A stretch of DNA of 64,000 nucleotides from Spirochaetia bacterium. GTDB lineage: Bacteria; Spirochaetota; Spirochaetia; SZUA-6; Bin103. A model generated the notes under the pieces. It did no database searches. It worked only from the letters and a program-made list of their open reading frames with translations, and had not been told where the DNA came from. Of this stretch, positions 49,262-59,691 are shown piece by piece (the first letter of the stretch is position 1; each line of letters opens with the position of its first letter). The position numbers and the translations under genes were made by a program. Location: assembly GCA_965198005.1 (NCBI GenBank), contig CBDAOI010000004.1, forward strand, positions 1,120,001 to 1,184,000, written 5' to 3'.

Positions 49262-50379
49262 CCGTCCTCCCGCTGATAGAATGGCCGCTTGACGACCGTG
49301 GCGGCGTGCGGCCGGCCGCGGATCACCACCGCCAGCTCGCCGCCGACCGCCGCATGGTGCCGTGCAACCAGCCCCATTGCCAAGCTGCGCTCCAGCCACG
49401 GCCCGTAGCCGCCGCTGGTCACGCTGCCGGCCGGGGTTCCCGCCGGCGTGGCGATGGGGTAGCCGGCGCGCGCCACCGCACGGCCGTGGAGCTGCAGATG
49501 GACCAGCGCGTGCTCCATGCCCGGCGCGCCGGCCGCGCGCAGCCGCCGGATCGCCGCCGCGCCGACGTACGTATCCGACTTCGCCACGAAGCGGCCGAGG
49601 CCCACCTCCAGCGGGGAGACTTCAGGCCCCAGCTCGTTGCCGTAGAGCGGCAGCGCCGCCTCCAGCCGTAGCGTGTCGCGCGCGCCCAGCCCCGCCGGCA
49701 CCAGGCCGGCCGGCGCACCCGCCTCGAGCAGGCGCGTCCACAGCGGTTCGGCCTGCTCGGCGGCCACGAACAGCTCGAAGCCGTCCTCACCGGTGTAGCC
49801 GGTGCGCGCCACCAGCGCGGGAATGCCCGCCACCTCGGCGCGCCGGCAGCGGTAGCGGCCGAGGGAGGCGACCTCGCCGGCGGCGGCGTCCTGCACCAGC
49901 GCCACGGCGCGCGGCCCCTGGACCGCGAGCAGGCCCAGTTCGGCGCCGGCGTCGCGCAACTCGGCGCCGGCGATGCCGGCGGCAACCGTCCCGGCGTGGT
50001 CGGCCACGGCCGCGGCGTTGGCGGCGTTGATCACGATCCGGTACCAGGCGTCGCCGAGCCGGTACACGATCACGTCGTCGATGATGCCGCCGGTCTCGTT
50101 GAGGATCATCGAGTAGCGCGCCTGCCCCACTTCCAGCCGCTCCACCGGCGCGCAGGTGAGCCGGGCCACGCAGGCCGCCGCCGCGGCTCCGGTACACTCC
50201 AGCTCCCCCATGTGGCTGACGTCGAACAGGCCGGCGGCGGTGCGCACGGCGCGGTGCTCGGCGATGATGCCGGCGTACTGCACCGGCATGCTCCAGCCGG
50301 CGAACGGCGTCAGGCGCGCGCCCAGGCGCTCGTGCGCCGCGTGCAGCGGGGTTCGTTGCAGCTCGGTGTGCGGGTTCAC
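49258..50379 (-). CDS. gcvT: Glycine cleavage aminomethyltransferase
   Basis: RTPL, FAGWSMPVQY, GLFDVSHMG, RTGYTGEDGFE, GARDTLRLEA. Confidence 0.95.
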   Translation of the reverse strand: MNPHTELQRTPLHAAHERLGARLTPFAGWSMPVQYAGIIAEHRAVRTAAGLFDVSHMGELECTGAAAAACVARLTCAPVERLEVGQARYSMILNETGGIIDDVIVYRLGDAWYRIVINAANAAAVADHAGTVAAGIAGAELRDAGAELGLLAVQGPRAVALVQDAAAGEVASLGRYRCRRAEVAGIPALVARTGYTGEDGFELFVAAEQAEPLWTRLLEAGAPAGLVPAGLGARDTLRLEAALPLYGNELGPEVSPLEVGLGRFVAKSDTYVGAAAIRRLRAAGAPGMEHALVHLQLHGRAVARAGYPIATPAGTPAGSVTSGGYGPWLERSLAMGLVARHHAAVGGELAVVIRGRPHAATVVKRPFYQREDG

Positions 50380-50516
50380 GCTCGCCACAAGCTCACTAAT
50401 ACCGCATGAACCGCACGTGCGCCAAACGTGACGGGCCGGCGCCTCCGCGAGAGGTGGCGTGCCGTGGCCAACGATTTGGGGAACCGGTAGGATGCTGACC
50501 ATGAACGAAGTCGACG

Positions 50517-53500
50517 GTGTCGATGCGCGGGTTGCACTTTCCCCAACCTGAACCGATCGACCTGCGGGCCGAATTCGAGTCGCTGTCGCCGCAGGCCCGG
50601 CTGACGGCGCTGGTCTGCGGGGTCGTCAGTCCGCTGCCCTACGAGGCCGCCGGCCTGGCCCGCATGCTGCGCCAGGCGGACCTCAAGGTGGACGGACGCC
50701 GCCCCACGGTCGCCGCCGTCGGGGACACCTGTGAGGAGTTGAGCAAGAGCGGACTCCTGTCCACCGGCCGCGTGCAGTCCCGGTTTGCGGCCGTTCCGCG
50801 CTGGGCGCCGTGGCTGACCATGGAAGCGGCGCGCACTGACCTGCTGGAGCGCATCCGGAGCGCCTACCAGCGGGTGGCCCCTCCCTCGGACTATTCGTAC
50901 TCCTGGAACAGACCTGAAGCCCCGGACTTGGTGGAGTTGCGTTACGCCACCGTCACCGGTCGGTTCGACCTCGTACCCGATGATGTCAAGCCGCAGCATT
51001 GGGTGTTCCTGATTCAACCGGGCGCCATCGAGCTGCTCGCAACGCTGCCGGAGCAGCATCGGGGCATTGCGCTCGCGGTGTGCCTGGCCGAGGTGATCGA
51101 GCATGCGGCGGCGGCGCCCGATCCGCTGGTCGCCGCCTGCCGGGAGCTCGCCGCGGACCTGGGTATGTTCGCCGCGGAGATCGCCATGATTCGCATCCTG
51201 CAAGGACGCCTGGACGATGCCGAGACCATCTTCGGCGAGCTTGCCCCGGGCCGCCGAGGCAGCAGCTCGATCCGGGTCGAGCAGGCCGCAGTGCGGGCCC
51301 TGGTCGCGACGCTACGCGGCGACGACCAACTTGCGCTGCGCTCGATCGAGGCAGCCGTCAGCGCCCATCAGGAGGGCACGGTCAGGCGTGACGTTCCCGC
51401 CTCGCTGCCGTTCGCCCTCTCCCTGTTGTCGCTGGTGCGTCTCGACACCCCCGCCGCCCGGGCCCTGCTCGCGCACATCCTGAGCCACGGCAGGTACTTC
51501 CGACTGGCCTCCAGGGTCGTGGGCGCTGCCGGCTTCGCCGCCGGACTGCGCGCCGGCGTGAAATCCGCTCCGATGCTCGAGATCGCGCCGGGGCTGGACG
51601 CGCTGCTGCTCGGCTGGGCCTGTTGTTGGGCCGGTCGGGCCAAGCCCGTCGTGCCGATCCACGTGCGCCGGGTTTTCGGGGACTACGTCGATCGACTTGC
51701 GGCCCACGGTTTCTTCTGGGCGCTGGCCGAGTGTCTGGCGATTATCGGTCACGCCGGTGCGGAGTTGGAATTCCGGGGCGACCGGTCGTTCCAGGCGGCC
51801 GGCAAGCAGGGCGCCGCGATGCACCGGCAACTCGGCACGCAGACCCTGGCGACCCTGGTGCCGCAGGTGGTGCCGGCATGGGAGTTTCGGCTCAAGGCGC
51901 TGGAGCAGTTCGGGTACGAGACCGGCGACCGACCGCCGCCGCCGGTCAAACGCGCCGCTCCCGACGACGCCGGCGGGCCCCGCCGGCTGGTATGGGAATT
52001 GGCCCAGGATGGCGGCCGGATCACCGTGAGCCCGCGCGAGCAGCGTGCTTCCCGGACCGGCCGGTGGTCCAAGGGCAGGCCGCGGTCGTTGGACTGGCTG
52101 GCCACCGCGGCCGTGACTGCCGATTACCTGCTGGTGCAGGACCGCGCCGTGGCGGCGGAGATCCAGGCCAGGCGCCACTCGTTCGGAGTGTCCCGGCACG
52201 CTCTGGCGCGGGCGCTGCTGGTCGAGCTTGTCGGCCACCCGCTGGTGTTCAACGCCGCCGGCGACCTGGTCGAGGTCGCGCGCGGCGATCTGGAGTTGGT
52301 GATAGAGCAACAGGGACGCGGCGTAACCGCCCGCATCGTCCCGGACGACCGGCAGGACGATCAGTTCGTCGCTCGGATGATAGGCGCGCGGAAGTGCGAG
52401 GTAGTGCGCCTCACGCCGGCGCACCGGCAGTTGCAGAAGATCATCCCCGTTGGGGGATTGGAGCTGCCGGCTGCGGCGCGCCCGCGTCTGCTGGAGGCGG
52501 TGTCCGCATTGGTGTCCGTGGTGCGCATTCACAGTGGGGTCGAGGGCAGCGCCCGCTCGGCGCGCCGGATCGAGGCCGATTCCCAGCCGCGGGCGCGGCT
52601 GGAGCCGCTCGCAGAGGGCGTCAGCGCGGAGCTGGTGGTGGAGCCGGTCGCCGGGTCCGAGATCTACTTCGCGCCGGGCGCGGGCGGCACGCTGGTGTTC
52701 GGACAGCTTGCGGGCGAGACCGTCCAGGCGCAGCGCGATCTGGCCGCCGAACGGGCCGCCGCCGACCGCCTCATGGCGGCCTGCCCGTTGCTCGGCAGTG
52801 GCGACGGCACGGGCGACGGCACGGGCAACGGCAACGGCGACGGCGACGGCGACGGCAGTGGCGACGGCGACGACGCGCCGTGGTCGGCCGCTTTGCCCGA
52901 GGCCGTCCGGGCCCTGGAGTTGCTGGAACAACTGGATGCGGCGGGCGTGCGCTGCCTGTGGCCCAGGGGCGAGCGGTTGAAGCTCAAGCGGGCCGAGACC
53001 CGCCAGCTCAGACTGCGCATCAAGAGCGCCGGGGAATGGTTGCGCGCCTCCGGCGAGCTGCGCGTGGATCAGCAGCGGGTGCTCGACCTGAAACAGTTGT
53101 TCGCGCTGCTCGACGCAGACCCGCACGGGCGCTTCCTGGAGCTGGGCGCCGGCGAGTTCCTGGCGTTGACGGAGTCGTTCCGGCGCCAGTTGGACGATCT
53201 GCGCAGCCTGTCCTCACCCGCGGCGCAGGGGGCGCTGCGCCTGCATACGATGGCCGCCCTCGCCCTCGACGAGTTCGTCGAGCAAACCGAACTCGACGCG
53301 GACCGGGAGTGGCGTGCGTTGCAGCAGCGGCTGCGCGATGCGCAGGACTACACCCCGGACCTGCCGAGCACACTGCGGGCGGAGTTGCGCCCCTACCAGC
53401 GGGTGGGATTCGACTGGCTGGCGCGTCTGAGCCGCTGGGGGGTCGGCGCGTGTCTGGCCGATGACATGGGGCTCGGCAAGACGGTGCAGGTGCTCGCGCT

Positions 53501-54770
53501 CCTGCTGGAGCGCGCACCCGCCGGGCCCGCGCTGGTGGTCGTGCCGACGTCGGTGATCGCCAACTGGCTCGACGAAACCAGCCGCTTCGCGCCGGCGCTC
53601 AACCCGCTGGCCTACGTCGGCCCCGCCCGCGCCTCCGTACTCACTGAGCCGGGACCGTTCGATCTGGTCATTACCACCTACACCCTGTTGCAGCGTGACG
53701 CGGAGCGGCTGGGTGAGGTCACTTGGCAGACCGCGGTACTCGACGAAGCGCAGGCGATCAAGAATCCGGCCACCAAACGCGCGCGCGCGGCCCGCGGGCT
53801 CGACGCGCGCTTTCGTCTGGTGACTACCGGCACTCCGGTTCAGAACGACGTGATGGACCTGTACTCGCTGTTCAGCTTCGCCAACCCGGGGCTGCTCGGT
53901 TCGTCGCAACAGTTTCGCCGCAACTTCGCCGCGGCCATCGACGGCGGCGCGGATGACGCGGCGCGGACGCGCTTGCGGCGTCTGCTGGCGCCGTTCATCC
54001 TGCGCCGGCTCAAGACCGAGGTGCTGACCGAGTTGCCGCCGCGCACCGAGATCACGCTGCAGGTGGAGATGTCGCCGGCCGAAGCGGACTTCTACGAGGC
54101 GCTGCGCCGGCGAGCCATGGAGGACCTGGAAGCGCTCGCCGCCCGCGGTCCCGAGGCGGAAGAGGGCCGGATACGGATCCTCGCGCACCTCATGCGGCTG
54201 CGCCGCGCGTGCTGCAACCCGGCCCTGGTGCACACCGGCGCCGCCCCGCCCAGCTCCAAGCTGGCCATCTTCGGGGAGACCCTCGCCGAGTTGCTGGTCA
54301 ACCGCCACAAGGTGCTGGTGTTCTCCCAGTTCGTGGGCCATCTGAAGCTGATCGAGGCCTACCTGAAGCAAGTCGGGGTCAGCTACCAGTATCTGGACGG
54401 CGCCACCTCCCTCAGCGCACGGCGGGAGCGGATCGCGGCCTTTCAGGCGGGGCAGGGAGACGTGTTCCTGATCTCGCTGACGGCCGGCGGCGTCGGGCTC
54501 AACCTGACCGCGGCCGACTACGTTATTCACATGGACCCGTGGTGGAATCCGGCGGTGGAGGATCAGGCGTCGGACCGTGCCCACCGCATCGGCCAGACCC
54601 GTCCGGTGACCATCTACCGCCTGGTCACCAAGGGCACCATCGAGGAGCAGATCGTGGACCTGCACCAGCGCAAACGCGACCTTGCCGAACGGCTGCTGGA
54701 GGCCGGTGACGCGCCGGCCCGGCTCGACGCCGCCGAGTTGCTGGAATTGCTGCGGCAACCCCTGGTCTGA
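50517..54770 (+). CDS. SNF2-family helicase
   Basis: LRPYQ, LADDMGLGKT, LDEAQAIKN, TGTPVQN, LVFSQF, GLNLTAAD, QASDRAHRIGQ. Confidence 0.9.
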   Translation: MSMRGLHFPQPEPIDLRAEFESLSPQARLTALVCGVVSPLPYEAAGLARMLRQADLKVDGRRPTVAAVGDTCEELSKSGLLSTGRVQSRFAAVPRWAPWLTMEAARTDLLERIRSAYQRVAPPSDYSYSWNRPEAPDLVELRYATVTGRFDLVPDDVKPQHWVFLIQPGAIELLATLPEQHRGIALAVCLAEVIEHAAAAPDPLVAACRELAADLGMFAAEIAMIRILQGRLDDAETIFGELAPGRRGSSSIRVEQAAVRALVATLRGDDQLALRSIEAAVSAHQEGTVRRDVPASLPFALSLLSLVRLDTPAARALLAHILSHGRYFRLASRVVGAAGFAAGLRAGVKSAPMLEIAPGLDALLLGWACCWAGRAKPVVPIHVRRVFGDYVDRLAAHGFFWALAECLAIIGHAGAELEFRGDRSFQAAGKQGAAMHRQLGTQTLATLVPQVVPAWEFRLKALEQFGYETGDRPPPPVKRAAPDDAGGPRRLVWELAQDGGRITVSPREQRASRTGRWSKGRPRSLDWLATAAVTADYLLVQDRAVAAEIQARRHSFGVSRHALARALLVELVGHPLVFNAAGDLVEVARGDLELVIEQQGRGVTARIVPDDRQDDQFVARMIGARKCEVVRLTPAHRQLQKIIPVGGLELPAAARPRLLEAVSALVSVVRIHSGVEGSARSARRIEADSQPRARLEPLAEGVSAELVVEPVAGSEIYFAPGAGGTLVFGQLAGETVQAQRDLAAERAAADRLMAACPLLGSGDGTGDGTGNGNGDGDGDGSGDGDDAPWSAALPEAVRALELLEQLDAAGVRCLWPRGERLKLKRAETRQLRLRIKSAGEWLRASGELRVDQQRVLDLKQLFALLDADPHGRFLELGAGEFLALTESFRRQLDDLRSLSSPAAQGALRLHTMAALALDEFVEQTELDADREWRALQQRLRDAQDYTPDLPSTLRAELRPYQRVGFDWLARLSRWGVGACLADDMGLGKTVQVLALLLERAPAGPALVVVPTSVIANWLDETSRFAPALNPLAYVGPARASVLTEPGPFDLVITTYTLLQRDAERLGEVTWQTAVLDEAQAIKNPATKRARAARGLDARFRLVTTGTPVQNDVMDLYSLFSFANPGLLGSSQQFRRNFAAAIDGGADDAARTRLRRLLAPFILRRLKTEVLTELPPRTEITLQVEMSPAEADFYEALRRRAMEDLEALAARGPEAEEGRIRILAHLMRLRRACCNPALVHTGAAPPSSKLAIFGETLAELLVNRHKVLVFSQFVGHLKLIEAYLKQVGVSYQYLDGATSLSARRERIAAFQAGQGDVFLISLTAGGVGLNLTAADYVIHMDPWWNPAVEDQASDRAHRIGQTRPVTIYRLVTKGTIEEQIVDLHQRKRDLAERLLEAGDAPARLDAAELLELLRQPLV

Positions 54771-54877
54771 CGCTACACTTGTTGACGCCGCGTTGTCGAT
54801 GAAGGCGCTGGCGGAGAGTCGGCACACGCAGCGCGCGCCGGTAGACTCCGTTAGACTGATCTGCGGGGAGGGTCGAG

Positions 54878-55516
54878 ATGGCGGTTGACCGATCGACGAT
54901 GCCGGCCGCCGAGCCGGAGGACGACCGGCCGGTGGCATTCGGCGTGCCGAAGCTGAGGCGGCAGATCCTGCAGCGCTTGGCCGACGCCTACGCCAGCGAC
55001 AACCTGGAACTGGCGGAGTACGAGCGCCGGGTGCGGCAGGCGGAGCAGGCGACTACCGTGGAGCAACTGGAAGCGGTCGTGGCCGACTTTCCGGACCGCC
55101 GCACCGCGCCGGAGCGGCCCGCCTCCGCAGCCCCGGTGCCGGCGGCCGGCGCGGCCGTCACGCTGATGGGCAGGCGCGATCTGGTGGTGGAGGCGGCGCA
55201 GGACCTGCCGCGGCAGGTGATCAACGTCATGGGGGAAACCCGGATCGACCTCAGCGGCGCGCCGCCCGGCGTGTACGAGCTGCGGGTGTGCAACGTGATG
55301 GGCGAGCTGCAGGTGGCCGTTCCGTGCGGCACCGAGGTCAGCCGCACGTTGTGGAATCTGCTGAGCGACGTTTCCCTGCGCCCGTGGAAGAGCAAGCGGC
55401 GGCGCCGGCGGGAGCAGGGCGAGCGCGCCGCCGGCGTCCGGGTCACCAGACATCGGGTAACGCTGTCCGGGTTCAGCCTGATGGGCGAGGTCACGATCCG
55501 CGAGGAGCCCGCATGA
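54878..55516 (+). CDS. DUF1707/LiaF-like protein
   Basis: LADAYA...L...EYERRV..A..A.T..QL..VVAD, then MG.T.IDL beta repeats. Confidence 0.65.
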   Translation: MAVDRSTMPAAEPEDDRPVAFGVPKLRRQILQRLADAYASDNLELAEYERRVRQAEQATTVEQLEAVVADFPDRRTAPERPASAAPVPAAGAAVTLMGRRDLVVEAAQDLPRQVINVMGETRIDLSGAPPGVYELRVCNVMGELQVAVPCGTEVSRTLWNLLSDVSLRPWKSKRRRRREQGERAAGVRVTRHRVTLSGFSLMGEVTIREEPA

Positions 55517-55574
55517 CGCCGCCCACGTGCAGCGTAGCTGGATTGAAGCCGGCAGGTGGCGTAAGCTGATCGCC

Positions 55575-56033
55575 ATGCACCCGACGAAACCCGACTCCGA
55601 TGCCGGCTACCTGGAGGCCGCCGCACGGATCATCTTCATGGGCGGACTGAACCGCCAGGTAGTGGACGGGAAGTGGCCCGGCTTTCGCGAGGTGTTCGCG
55701 AACTTCGCGGTGCCGGTGGTAGCCGAACTGACGCCGGACGACCTCGATCTCATCGCCGCCGACGACCGCGTGATCAAGTACCGCGCCAAGCTGGCCGCAG
55801 TGGTCAGAAATGCGCAGCTCATGGTCGCGATCGCGGATCAGCATGGTTCGTTCGCCGTCTACGTGGAGGAACTGTACGACCGCACGGGGCCGGCGGGCAC
55901 CGGCGCCGTGCTCGCCAAGGAATTTGCCTACATATCGGAACAGGGCGCCCGCCACTGGCTGTACGCCACCGGCTACGACATCGGACCGGTGACCGAGAAG
56001 GTGCAGCGCAAGTACGCACCGTTCAGCGGGTGA
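55575..56033 (+). CDS. DNA-3-methyladenine glycosylase I-like protein
   Basis: IFMGGLN..VV..KWPGFREVFANF, VIKYRAKL.AVV.NA, F.YI. Confidence 0.7.
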   Translation: MHPTKPDSDAGYLEAAARIIFMGGLNRQVVDGKWPGFREVFANFAVPVVAELTPDDLDLIAADDRVIKYRAKLAAVVRNAQLMVAIADQHGSFAVYVEELYDRTGPAGTGAVLAKEFAYISEQGARHWLYATGYDIGPVTEKVQRKYAPFSG

Positions 56034-56039
56034 CCGCCG

Positions 56040-57158
56040 GTGGCCGTCGATGCCGTCGAGCTGGCGCAGCGGCTGATCGCCATCGACTCGGTCAGCCGGC
56101 GCAGCAATCTGCCCGCGTGCGACCTGCTGCAGGAGGTGCTGGAGGGGGCCGGGTTCGAGGTCGAGCGGCTGGAGTACTCCGACCGGGCCGGCGTGCGCAA
56201 AGCCAATCTGGTGGCGCGGCGCGGCGCGGGTAGGGGCGGCCTCGGTTTCTTCTCGCACGTCGATACGGTGCCGGGGGACAACTGGGCATCCGATCCGTTC
56301 ACGCCGCGCCAGGCGGCAGGCCGCCTGATCGGACTCGGGAGCTGCGACATGAAGGGACCGCTGGCCGCCACCATCGAGGCCGCGGCCGCGGCGGACCTGG
56401 ACACCCTGGAGCGGCCGGTCTACGTGGTGGTCACCGCCGACGAGGAGGTCACCAGCCAGGGCGCGTTCACCGTAGCCGCCGAGTCGCGGCTCTACCGCAA
56501 CGGTCCTGCCCTGGGGGTGGTGGCCGAGCCGACCGCGCTCACCCCCGTATACGCCCACAAGGGGATCACGCACGCCGTGGTCACCGCCCGCGGGCGCGCC
56601 GCCCACAGCAGCACCGGCACCGGCGTCAACGCGACCTTTCTGATGGCGCCGTTCCTGCTGGAGATTACGGAATTGGCGACCCGCCTGCAGCGCGACGAGG
56701 CGTTCCACAACCGGGAGTTCGACCCGCCGCATCACTGTCTCAACGTCACCATCGACGACGGCGGCACGCGTCCGAACGTGACCGCGGCGAAGACCGTGTG
56801 CCGGCTCAGCCTGCGGTCGATGCCGGATGATCGCAGCGCGGAGGTGCTGGCCATGATCCGGCGGCGCGCCGAACGGCACGGCCTCGAGTTCCGCGGCCGG
56901 CACGGGGCGCCGTTCCGGGTGGCACCGGACAGTCGCGTGGTGCGGATCGCGCTGCAGGCCACCGGCGCCGCGCGCGCCCGCACCGTGAGCTTCGCCACCG
57001 ACGCGGTGGCCTTCATGGACGATCTGGAGCTGGTGGTGCTCGGTCCCGGAGACATCGCCCAGGCGCACACCGAGGACGAGTGGATCGCGCTGGCCCAGTT
57101 GCGGGCCGCGGTGCGGGTCTACGGCAGCATGATCGACGCGGCGTGCGGGGCCGCCTGA
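56040..57158 (+). CDS. M20/ArgE-like acetylornithine deacetylase
   Basis: SHVDTVP, GLGSCDMKG, DEE, VAEPT, GPGDIAQAHTEDEW. Confidence 0.85.
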   Translation: MAVDAVELAQRLIAIDSVSRRSNLPACDLLQEVLEGAGFEVERLEYSDRAGVRKANLVARRGAGRGGLGFFSHVDTVPGDNWASDPFTPRQAAGRLIGLGSCDMKGPLAATIEAAAAADLDTLERPVYVVVTADEEVTSQGAFTVAAESRLYRNGPALGVVAEPTALTPVYAHKGITHAVVTARGRAAHSSTGTGVNATFLMAPFLLEITELATRLQRDEAFHNREFDPPHHCLNVTIDDGGTRPNVTAAKTVCRLSLRSMPDDRSAEVLAMIRRRAERHGLEFRGRHGAPFRVAPDSRVVRIALQATGAARARTVSFATDAVAFMDDLELVVLGPGDIAQAHTEDEWIALAQLRAAVRVYGSMIDAACGAA

Positions 57159-57610
57159 TGCCCGCTGCCACGGCACCGGCCGCGCCCCCGCTGTTCACCC
57201 TGGAAATGACGGTGCGCGACTACGAGTGCGACCTGCAGCAGATCGTGAACAACGCGGTCTACCAGCACTACTTCGAGCACACCCGGCACGAGTTCCTCCG
57301 GCGGTGCGGGCTCGACTTCGCCGCGCTGCACCGGCGCGGGGTCGATCTGGTGCTGGTGCGCGCGGAGCTGGACTACGTGCTGCCGCTACGCAGCGGCGAC
57401 CGCTTCCTGGTCACCCTCGAGCTGGCCCGCAGGGGCCGGCTGCGCTACGTGTTCGATCAGACCATCCTGCGCCTGCCCGACCGCAGCCCGGTGGTGACCG
57501 CCCGGTTCCACGCCGCCAGCCTCCGGCGCGGGCGGCCGGCGGTGGTGGAAGAGGTGGACGCCGCCCTGCGCGCGGGCGGCGTTTTCGGTCGCAATTCGAC
57601 CGCTACCTAA
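57158..57610 (+). CDS. Acyl-CoA thioesterase (4HBT/YbgC family)
   Basis: VRDYECDLQQIVNNAVYQHYFEH. Confidence 0.9.
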   Translation: MPAATAPAAPPLFTLEMTVRDYECDLQQIVNNAVYQHYFEHTRHEFLRRCGLDFAALHRRGVDLVLVRAELDYVLPLRSGDRFLVTLELARRGRLRYVFDQTILRLPDRSPVVTARFHAASLRRGRPAVVEEVDAALRAGGVFGRNSTAT

Positions 57611-58398
57611 CGCCCCTCGCGGCCGTGGCGGCGGGCGCTGAGCACCACCCCGGCGACGTTGTGCAGGATTCGCTCCAGCCGTTGCGCCTCCCGGTCCACC
57701 ACGTCGGCGCGGGTGACGATGTCGGTCAGGAACCGTTGCACGCTGCGGGCGCCGGCGGCGCTGAAGAACCCCACCTCGGCCAGCGCCCCGGTGAGCGGCT
57801 CGAGGGCGCGTGCCAGCCGTTCGGGCGTGACCGGCCGCTGCCGCGGCAGGCGCCGCTCCGCGACCGGCTGCCGTGCCGGCCAAGCCCGATGCTTGTAGAC
57901 TTCGTAGGCCACGATCTGCACCGCGTGCGACAGGTTGAGCGAGGGAAACCGGGGCGCGGAGGGGATCGCCACGGCCACCTGACACGGCTCCAGCTCGGCG
58001 TCCGACAGCCCGTTCTTTTCGTTGCCGAACACCAGCGCCACCGGTCCGGCCGAGCGCGCGGCCACGCGCCGGCCGAGCTGCTCCGCGGTCCAGATCCGGT
58101 ACTTGCGCTTCTTGCCGTCGCGCCGGGTAACGGCGGCGGCCAGCGTGCAGTCGCGCACCGCGTCGGCCACGGTCGCGCACTCCACCGCGTGGTCCAGCAG
58201 GTCGGCGGCATGCACCGCCACCACCCGCGCCCGCTGGCGGTCGATGGCGCCGGCCCCGACCAGATAGAGCCGCTCGATGCCCATCGTCTTGGCGGCCCGG
58301 CAGGCGGCGCCGACGTTGCGGCTCTCCTCCGGGCGGACCAGCACGATGCGCACCGCGTCTCCGGTCGCACCACCGGCGGTCGTACGTTTTCCTGTCAT
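57607..58398 (-). CDS. TrmJ/LasT SPOUT RNA methyltransferase
   Basis: IVLVRP...NVGAACRA, LVFGNEKNGL, SLNLSHAV. Confidence 0.85.
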   Translation of the reverse strand: MTGKRTTAGGATGDAVRIVLVRPEESRNVGAACRAAKTMGIERLYLVGAGAIDRQRARVVAVHAADLLDHAVECATVADAVRDCTLAAAVTRRDGKKRKYRIWTAEQLGRRVAARSAGPVALVFGNEKNGLSDAELEPCQVAVAIPSAPRFPSLNLSHAVQIVAYEVYKHRAWPARQPVAERRLPRQRPVTPERLARALEPLTGALAEVGFFSAAGARSVQRFLTDIVTRADVVDREAQRLERILHNVAGVVLSARRHGREGR

Positions 58399-58416
58399 GG
58401 CACGCACCATGCTACA

Positions 58417-58728
58417 GTGTCCGGCGTGGGTCAGTGCCATGCCTGCGGCGCGCTGTTGCCGCGCGACCTGCCGATCTTCCGCGAGACCGAGTGTCCGCAG
58501 TGCGCCCGGCCGCTCAAGGTGTGCCTGAACTGCACGTTCTACGAGAAAGGCGCGCAGTGGGACTGCCGCGAGTCGATCCCGGAACCGGTGCGGGAGAAGG
58601 ACCGCGCCAACTTCTGCGACTACTTTCGCCTGCGCCCGGCCGCCGCCGGCGGAGCGGATGCCGCCGCCGGGCGGGCAGCGCGGCGCGCGGCGCAATCGCG
58701 CGCGGACTTCGACCAGCTGTTCGGCTGA
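58417..58728 (+). CDS. Small Cys-rich (zinc-binding) protein
   Basis: CHAC, CPQC, CLNC.FY, C.E, ANFCDYF, FDQLFG. Confidence 0.65.
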   Translation: MSGVGQCHACGALLPRDLPIFRETECPQCARPLKVCLNCTFYEKGAQWDCRESIPEPVREKDRANFCDYFRLRPAAAGGADAAAGRAARRAAQSRADFDQLFG

Positions 58729-58818
58729 ACCCGCGCCGAGTCGATCCTCCGATAATTTAGAAATCTTAACCACCGATTCACGATACGTTCACCCGAGTGT
58801 GCCATCGTGGGTAGTGTT

Positions 58819-59676
58819 ATGAGAACGCAAAAACGACAGGCACCCACGGACGATGACTCTCTCGCCGCGTATCTCAAGGACATCAAGCGCTATCCGCTGT
58901 TGACCAGAGAGGAAGAGACGCGGTTCGCGCGCGCGTGCAGGGCCGGCGACGCGGCCGCCAGGGAGAAGCTGATCAACGGCAATCTCCGCTTCGTGATCAA
59001 CGTCGCGCGCCAGTACTGCCACTGCGGGGTTCCGCTGATCGATCTGGTCGGCGAGGGCAACGTCGGGTTGCTCAAGGCGGCCGAGCGGTTCGACCCCGAG
59101 CGCGGCTTCCACTTCACCACCTACGCCGTCTGGTGGATTCGGCAGTCGATCCTGAAGGCGCTGGACGCGCAGTCGCGCACCATTCGCCTGCCGGCGCACG
59201 CCGGCAGCGCGGTGGAGCGCATCGGCTGGGCGCACACCGAGCTGCGCGAGCGGCTCCGGCGGGATCCGACCAGTACCGAGATCGCGGCCTTCCTGGGCGT
59301 GCCGGCGCGTCGGGTGATCGACCTGATGACGGTGTCCCGCGACGTGCTGTCCTTGGAATCGCCGGCGTTTCACGACGGCGCGCCGGTGCAGCTTGGCGAC
59401 ACCGTGGAGAGCCCCGACACGAAGTTGCCGGAGGACGAGGCGCTGGCCAACGTGTTGGCCGACGACATCAACCAGGTGCTGGGGACGCTGTCGCGGCGCG
59501 AGTCGGAGATCATCCAGAGCCGGTTCGGACTGAACGGACGCAAGCGCCTCACGCTGACCGAATTGGGCCGGCGCGCCCATCTCACCAAGGAGCGCGTGCG
59601 CCAGATCGAGAAGCGGGCGCTGCAGCGGCTGCGGATGTCGCTGCGCATGCAACTCCTCGAGGAATACCTGGACTGA
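58819..59676 (+). CDS. Sigma-70 family factor (RpoD/RpoS-like, lacking region 1.1)
   Basis: YLKDI..YPLL, NLRFV, DLVGEGNVGL, TTYAVWWIRQ, TKERVRQIE. Confidence 0.9.
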   Translation: MRTQKRQAPTDDDSLAAYLKDIKRYPLLTREEETRFARACRAGDAAAREKLINGNLRFVINVARQYCHCGVPLIDLVGEGNVGLLKAAERFDPERGFHFTTYAVWWIRQSILKALDAQSRTIRLPAHAGSAVERIGWAHTELRERLRRDPTSTEIAAFLGVPARRVIDLMTVSRDVLSLESPAFHDGAPVQLGDTVESPDTKLPEDEALANVLADDINQVLGTLSRRESEIIQSRFGLNGRKRLTLTELGRRAHLTKERVRQIEKRALQRLRMSLRMQLLEEYLD

Positions 59677-59691
59677 CCGGCGGCCAACCTC

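Noticed and set aside
50380-50516. Glycine riboswitch upstream of gcvT
   Set aside because: Short divergent intergenic region without the conserved aptamer motifs.
51312-57176. Long antisense/overlapping ORFs (e.g. 604, 613, 574, 561 aa)
   Set aside because: High-GC shadow ORFs overlapping well-supported genes, with no motifs.
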